DNA of 64,000 bases from positions 26,970,001 through 27,034,000 of the forward strand of contig OZ024742.1 of NCBI GenBank assembly GCA_964016885.1, given 5' to 3'. The notes under the pieces were generated by a model. It did not search any database and was not told where the DNA came from. It worked only from the letters and a program-made list of their open reading frames with translations. Below, piece after piece: positions 56,869 through 64,000 of the stretch. Source of the DNA: Eledone cirrhosa. Lineage: Eukaryota. The first letter of the stretch is position 1. Every line of letters starts with the position of its first letter. The position numbers were made by a program, and so were the translations under genes.

Positions 56869-56966
56869 TTTACGTGTGCATATATTTTGTGTGTGTGTAT
56901 GTATTCTATGTATATATATATTTTTTTTTATATTGTTGTATGTATATATTTTATGTATATGTCTGT

Positions 56967-57018
<52 letters not shown>

Positions 57019-57669
57019 TGTGTGTGTGTGTGTGTATCCTTGTGCGTGCATGCATGCATATATATATATATACACACTTGTATGGATTTGTGTGTGTAGA
57101 TGTGTATGTGTCTGAGGGGAAGGTGAGTGTATGTACAAGTGAACCAGCATAAACCCTTTATTTTTATATTTTCTAAACTATCTAAGTATTTGACTCTAAC
57201 CATTATTTTAAGTATTACCACCCCACATTAATTCCTCAATGTGTATGTGTGTCTGTGGAGGTGGGTATGAGTGTAGTGCAAGCCAACCTACATAAGACTT
57301 TTTATTTGTAAACTTTCTACTTCAACCATAATTTTCAGTAGCACCACTCCACATAAATTCCTCAATTTAAGAATGACCTGTAGTATCTATTTCATACTAT
57401 TAACCTTGAAAATATATCTGACCAAGATTGCCTTTTGTGAAAATCAGTCATGTGGAACTATTGTCATTTTGCCTGACGGTTTGAACTTTACAGAACCACC
57501 TGCCTCTTTGAGGTCAAAGACCAACCTACTACCATCTACAAACTGACCAATGAGAATCATGATTATTCCTGCTGACAACATCAAAATATTCCTAACAAGC
57601 TCATATGTCCCAAGGCTCTGATACCTTCAACACTATAAACACAGAGCTGGCATATCTAAGAACTGACTA

Positions 57670-57723
57670 ACTGCCTGATGAGGTCATAGCCATTCAATGG
57701 CTATCATCAAAATATATAGCAGT
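57670..57723 (+). ncRNA. Type-I hammerhead ribozyme, family C (GAAA>AAAA, probably inactive)
   Basis: actgc CTGATGA ggtcatagccat-tca-atggctatcatc AAAA tata TA gcagt. Confidence 0.7.
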
Positions 57724-57953
57724 AAATAAAGGATTATGAGTTCATGCAATTGACTTATGTTTCGTCACTATATATATATATATATATATAAATATATATA
57801 TAGTATATATATTATATATATATTCTATATTATATATATGTATATATTATATTATATATATATTATTTATAATATATACATATATATATATATATACATA
57901 TTTATAATATATATATATATTATAATATATACATATATATATATATATATATA

Positions 57954-58021
<68 letters not shown>

Positions 58022-58225
58022 AAAAAAAGATGAAAACGAAAATGCAACTGGAGTCTTATTTAAAAAAAATATATATATACTTTCACTTGTGTAGGACACC
58101 GGTTATTTTTCATTTTGTAAAAAAACCTCACTTTCTAATAATATATATATATATATATAATTGGAAATTTAGTAAAATCAAATTTCTGGCGGGTTGCAAG
58201 CAAATTCGGTCTACTTATATGAAAT

Positions 58226-59676
58226 GATGAGTTAGCAAAGCACTCGATAAGGTAGGTCCTTAGAGTAATAACATACGTTTAAATAGCTTGACAAATCGAA
58301 CATTGTGGTAGGCAAAATCTAACACACAATAATATACCAAAGTAACGATAGAATTAACAGGTTGAGAAAAATACACCTGGACAAATCAAAAGATTATACG
58401 TTTAAAGTGTTTCTTTGAATCCGAAATCAAATATCAGACTTACGTGACTGGCAAGCTCGTGGTATTTATGATCGAACAGAGGATTCAGTTCTTCAATAGG
58501 TTTTCGTTCTACCCAGGACGGGATGATAGGCTAAATGTTGCCGCTAGATGCAGCGTATCGTATCTATAGCTGTCACGTTTAATTCCAGCAATGGAAATAA
58601 CCCCCGGTTTTTGGCGGGTCATTCAAAATGTTAGACAAAGGAAATATTTTAATTTCCGCTAATCATCATGATAAGTTCTCGACTAGATGTTATAAAACAA
58701 ACACATATATATATGGGATAACAAATTGTCGTTATAGGTAATTCAGTTAGAGACTGTGAATTGTGGATAGTTTTAGCGTACGGCGTTGTTTGACTCAACA
58801 AGAAGTTTCCTTAGTTTGGTTGCGAGTTCTCAGGAATTTCTATGCAGATTAATCTTGGAGTACTAATAGTGAAAGAGTGAAGACTATCATGGTCAACATA
58901 ATAAAAACCATTTTTGTAATGTTGAACAAGTGGAAGCTTAGTCAAATCGAAGCTTTGGCTATGGCCAAGCAAAGTCGACCTACAATAGGAATGAGTTAGC
59001 AAAGCACTCAATAAGGGTAGGTCCTGAGAGTAATAAAATACGTTTAAATAGCTTGACAAATTGAACATTGCGGTAGGCAAAATCCAACCATACAATACCA
59101 AAGTAACGAAAGAATTAACAGGTTAAAATACAGACCTGGACAAATCAAACGATATACGTCAGAGGTGTTTCCATGAATACGAAATCATTTATCCAACTTA
59201 CGTAACACGCAATCTTGTGGTATTCAAGGATCGAACAGAGGATTCATTTCATCAACAGGGATTCCGTTCTGCCTCAAACTGGTGTGAACAAACTAAATGC
59301 GACCGCCACAACAGACAGCCTTCGAACACTTCGTTGTCACGTGTTATTTCCAACAAGCGAAGTAACCCCCGGTTTTTGGCGGGTAAATTCAAAGTGTTAA
59401 CAAGGGAAATATTATAATTTCCGCTCAACATTCCGACCAGATGTTATTAAACAACCAGATGTTATTAAACAAACACAAATAATTAACCAATGACAGAATT
59501 GTCTAATTAAATTAATTAATTAACTATTAAATCTAGGAGAATATAATACAAGTGGAAGCTTTGGCTGTGGCCAAGCAATGTCGACCTACAATAGGAATGA
59601 GTTAGCAAAGTACTCAATAAGGGTAGGTCCTTAGAGTAATAACATACGTTTAAATAGCTTGACAAATTTAACATAT
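58226..59676. repeat. Diverged tandem repeat with units of about 765 and 605 bp, unclassified
   Basis: atgagttagcaaag.actc..taagg.taggtcc occurs at about 58227, 58992 and 59597. Confidence 0.85.
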
Positions 59677-59738
59677 ATACTGTATATATATATATAAAGT
59701 TATATAAAGTTATATATATATAAAGTTATATATATATA

Positions 59739-60411
<673 letters not shown>

Positions 60412-60896
60412 TGTATGTATATATACACATAATATATATATATTCTAATGCCTACATGACAGAAATTAACAGGTACACATTTGTGTGTGTATGTGTGCAA
60501 GTGTATTTATATTATTTTCCCTGATTTGTTCAGCTACATTCTCTAGATACCAATCTCCCAGAATTCTTAAATGGATGCTATGGATGCTTTGCTAAAATAT
60601 TTGACGAGTTGTCAAATAGTCGAAACCTATATTGGAACTCGTGTTTGCAGTCTATCTCTAGAGACATTTAACAATACACAAGTAGAGCATTTTATCATAT
60701 TCTCTTTTCAATGTAAACCACTTTGATTTTCACATGTAGTTTGATGGTACATGTGAAACAATTGAGGTAACCATTGTCGCTATCTCGTTTTCCGTGATTT
60801 TCCCCGTGGATTAGAGTAGGAGTACATGTTCTAATCCATTGTACAATTAATTTTACTACTGAACTTTCATCCGCTAAGCCGATGAAGATCTATTTA

Positions 60897-60982
<86 letters not shown>

Positions 60983-61252
60983 AGGTGGTACTATTAAAAT
61001 AGACATGGCATGGACCAATATTGGCCGAAACCTATCAAAGTTATCAAAGTTAAAGATATATAAATAAATATATATTTATATATAAAGAATTAGTATATCT
61101 ACCAACATATATATACAGATGTATACCCATGCAAGCAAATATATAGGTTTTGTTTTAGTAACCTTGTGGTTCAATGCAAGGGGATGCAGAAAAATTATAT
61201 GAAAAACGTGAAAAAAGAAAATTATAGTAATTAGCTTACTTACTTAAATTGC

Positions 61253-61324
61253 ACTTCAACTAATTAGTTTCTGAAAGGGAATATACATGGAGAGCATGGA
61301 GAAACCTTTTCGTCATCATGGAGT
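61253..61324 (-). ncRNA. Hammerhead, family G (C3>A variant)
   Basis: acucc AUGAUGA cgaaaagg...ccuuuca GAAA cuaauuag UU gaagu. Confidence 0.6.
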
Positions 61325-61878
61325 CATTCTGAGCTAAGATACCTGGCAATGCGTGGACACAGGGAACTTATACAAAAATATTCAGTGGACTAAATTCCAG
61401 GACACTGACAAAATCACTGCCTTCTTGTTCGGTGGCAAATTCAAAAGAATCAATCACGTGACATCGAGGTTAATCAGTGAGGAGTGGGGTGTTAAAAAGA
61501 CAGTAGCCAAGCTGTTACTATGAACTATAGTAGTAATTTTGGCAAATTTTTGCTCAACAAAATAATTTGTAGATAATTATAAAGAATTAGTATATCTACA
61601 TATATATATATATACAGATGTATACCCATGCAAGCAAATATATAGGTTTTGTCTTAGTAACTTTATGGTTCAATGCAAGGGGATGCAGAACAATTATATG
61701 AAAAACGTAAAATAAGAAAATTATAGTAATCAGCTAATTTGAATTTGCCACCGAACAAGAAGGCAGTGATTTTGTCAGTGTCCTGGAATTTAGTCCCCGC
61801 TTGTTCTTTTCCATCCACTGAATATTTTTGTATAAGTTCCCTGTGTCCACGCATTGCCAGGTATCTTAGCTCAGAATG

Positions 61879-61950
61879 ACTCTATGATGACGAAAAGGTT
61901 TCTCCATGCTCTCCATGTATATTCCCTTTCAGAAACTAATTAGTTGGAGT
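61879..61950 (+). ncRNA. Hammerhead, family G (C3>A variant)
   Basis: actct ATGATGA cgaaaagg...cctttca GAAA ctaattag TT ggagt; helix III palindrome AACUAAUUAGUU. Confidence 0.65.
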
Positions 61951-62396
61951 GAAATTTAAGTAAGTAAGCTAATTACATATAATTTTCTTATATTACGTTT
62001 TTCATATAACTGTTCTGCATCCCCTTGCATTGAACCACAAAGTTACTAAGACAAAACCTATATATTTGCTTGCATAGGTATGCATCTGTATATATATGTT
62101 GGTAGATATACTAATTCTTTATAATTATCTCCAAATTATTTTGTTGAGCAAAAACTTGCCAAAATTACTACTATAGTTCATAGTAACAGCTTGGCTACTG
62201 TCTTTTTAACACCCCACTCCTCACTGATTAACCTCGATGTCACGTGATTGATTGTTTTCAAATTGTCACCGAACAAGAAGGCAGTGATTTTTTCAATGTC
62301 CTGGAATTTAGTCCCCGCTTGCTCTTTTCCATCCACTCAATACATTTGTATAAGTACCTTGTGTCCACGCATTGCCAGGTATCTTAGCTGAGTATG

Positions 62397-62468
62397 ACTC
62401 CCTGATGACGAAAAGGTTTCTTCATGGTCTCCATGTATATTCCATTTCAGAAAGTAATTAGTTGGAGT
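62397..62468 (+). ncRNA. Hammerhead, family G (intact core)
   Basis: actcc CTGATGA cgaaaagg...ccatttca GAAA gtaattag TT ggagt; perfect 5-bp stem I. Confidence 0.75.
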
Positions 62469-62512
62469 GAAATTTAAGTGAGCTAAATACTATAATTTTC
62501 TTATTTTACGTT

Positions 62513-62544
<32 letters not shown>

Positions 62545-62549
<5 letters not shown>

Positions 62550-63464
62550 AGTTAATATAAATTAATATATTTGATAAACACAAATACCAATATATCCGTG
62601 TTTGTATTGTAAATGACTAAGTTAGCTAGATTGAAAAATATTAATTATAATAATACAGTTTGCCTGTCTCGATTTAAAATAATAAATCAATAAAAACAAA
62701 GCATATTGGCAAATGGCCGTGGTGCTTGGACAAATTTAAATTTCAAAATCAAACCTGTTCCGTAGACAGGTTTAAACCTTAAAATCCAAATAAGTTTCGA
62801 AAAATGAAAAAGTGAAAAAATACCACATTTAGATCTCCTCAGCAAGCACCAGAAAAATTGGTATGTTTCACTTCAAAACATTTAAAAAGACTGTTTAACG
62901 CACATGGTTTTTAAACATGGTTATCCAGTGTCTAGCTGCCGCATACTCGTGCTGCTAGAAATAACAGCCGTTTATATGGGGCTAAAGCTAGCTCTACATA
63001 AGGAGAAGTGATACTATTAATAATGAGTTCAAAACTCAGGCAGTGCTTTACAATGAAATAGCTCAAAGAAAGAAGTATTTCTGAGCCGTGTAATACAAGT
63101 TAATATGAATTAATATATTTGATAAACACAAATACCAACATATCCGTGTTTGTATTGTAAATGACTGAGTTAGCTAGATTGAATTTGAAATTGAAATTTG
63201 TCCAAGCACCACGGCCATTTGCCAATATGCTTTGTTTTTATTGATTTATTATTTTAAATCGAGACAGGCAAACTGTATTATTATAATTAGTATTTTTCAA
63301 TCTAGCTAACTTAGTCATTTACAATACAAACACGGATATGTTGGTATTTGTGTTTATCAAATATATTAATTTATATTAACTTGTATTACACGGCTCAGAA
63401 ATACTTCTTTCTTTGAGCTATTTCATTGCAAAAGACTGCCTGAGTTTTGAACTCATTATTAATA

Positions 63465-63469
<5 letters not shown>
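62545..63469. mobile_element. Tandem (548-bp period) and inverted repeat element in (TA)n, unclassified
   Basis: atacaagttaatat occurs at 62545 and 63093; 63184-63469 is the reverse complement of unit sequence. Confidence 0.8.
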
Positions 63470-63510
<41 letters not shown>

Positions 63511-63617
63511 ATACATATATATATATATATATATAAGGATGTATATTTATATATATATATATGTATATATATATAGTCTTCAAATTTATTATTATTACTA
63601 TATTCATATATATATAC

Positions 63618-63672
<55 letters not shown>

Positions 63673-63697
63673 AATATATATATACATATATATATAC

Positions 63698-63750
<53 letters not shown>

Positions 63751-63765
63751 CATATATATATATAC

Positions 63766-63812
<47 letters not shown>

Positions 63813-63817
63813 GATAC

Positions 63818-63848
<31 letters not shown>

Positions 63849-63860
63849 CATGCATACATG

Positions 63861-63892
<32 letters not shown>

Positions 63893-63902
63893 CATATTTA
63901 TA

Positions 63903-63976
<74 letters not shown>

Positions 63977-64000
63977 TGTGTGTGTATATATATATATGCA

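Larger units (their letters stand above)
61081..62518. mobile_element. Tandem and inverted about 500-518-bp hammerhead repeat, family G (retrozyme/pLTR-like)
   Basis: Left arm 61081-61737 (about 1.3 units) is inverted relative to right arm 61738-62518 (about 1.5 units); three hammerhead motifs. Confidence 0.85.

Overview
This is AT-rich, microsatellite-dense eukaryotic repeat DNA. The SINE families and (TA)n/(CA)n density look cephalopod/Octopus-like, which is an inference. No host protein-coding gene can be supported. The window holds: a 14-kb array of a 16-bp satellite with higher-order duplications; a near full-length Tx1/L1-clade LINE head-to-head with a 5'-truncated R4/Dong-clade LINE, both in (TTA)n; two Penelope-like (GIY-YIG) remnants; CR1, CRE, Tc1/mariner and hAT remnants; and many tRNA-type SINEs. 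The main hidden signal is about 15 minimal type-I hammerhead ribozyme motifs in about 7 unrelated repeat families (A-G). Each has the layout stem I-CUGANGA-stem II-GAAA-palindromic helix III-UH-stem I. They sit in short non-coding elements within or next to (TA)n/(CA)n microsatellites, often as fold-back palindromes or tandem arrays. One is a retrozyme-like tandem unit of 518 nt between predicted cleavage sites. All folds were paired by eye, not computed.
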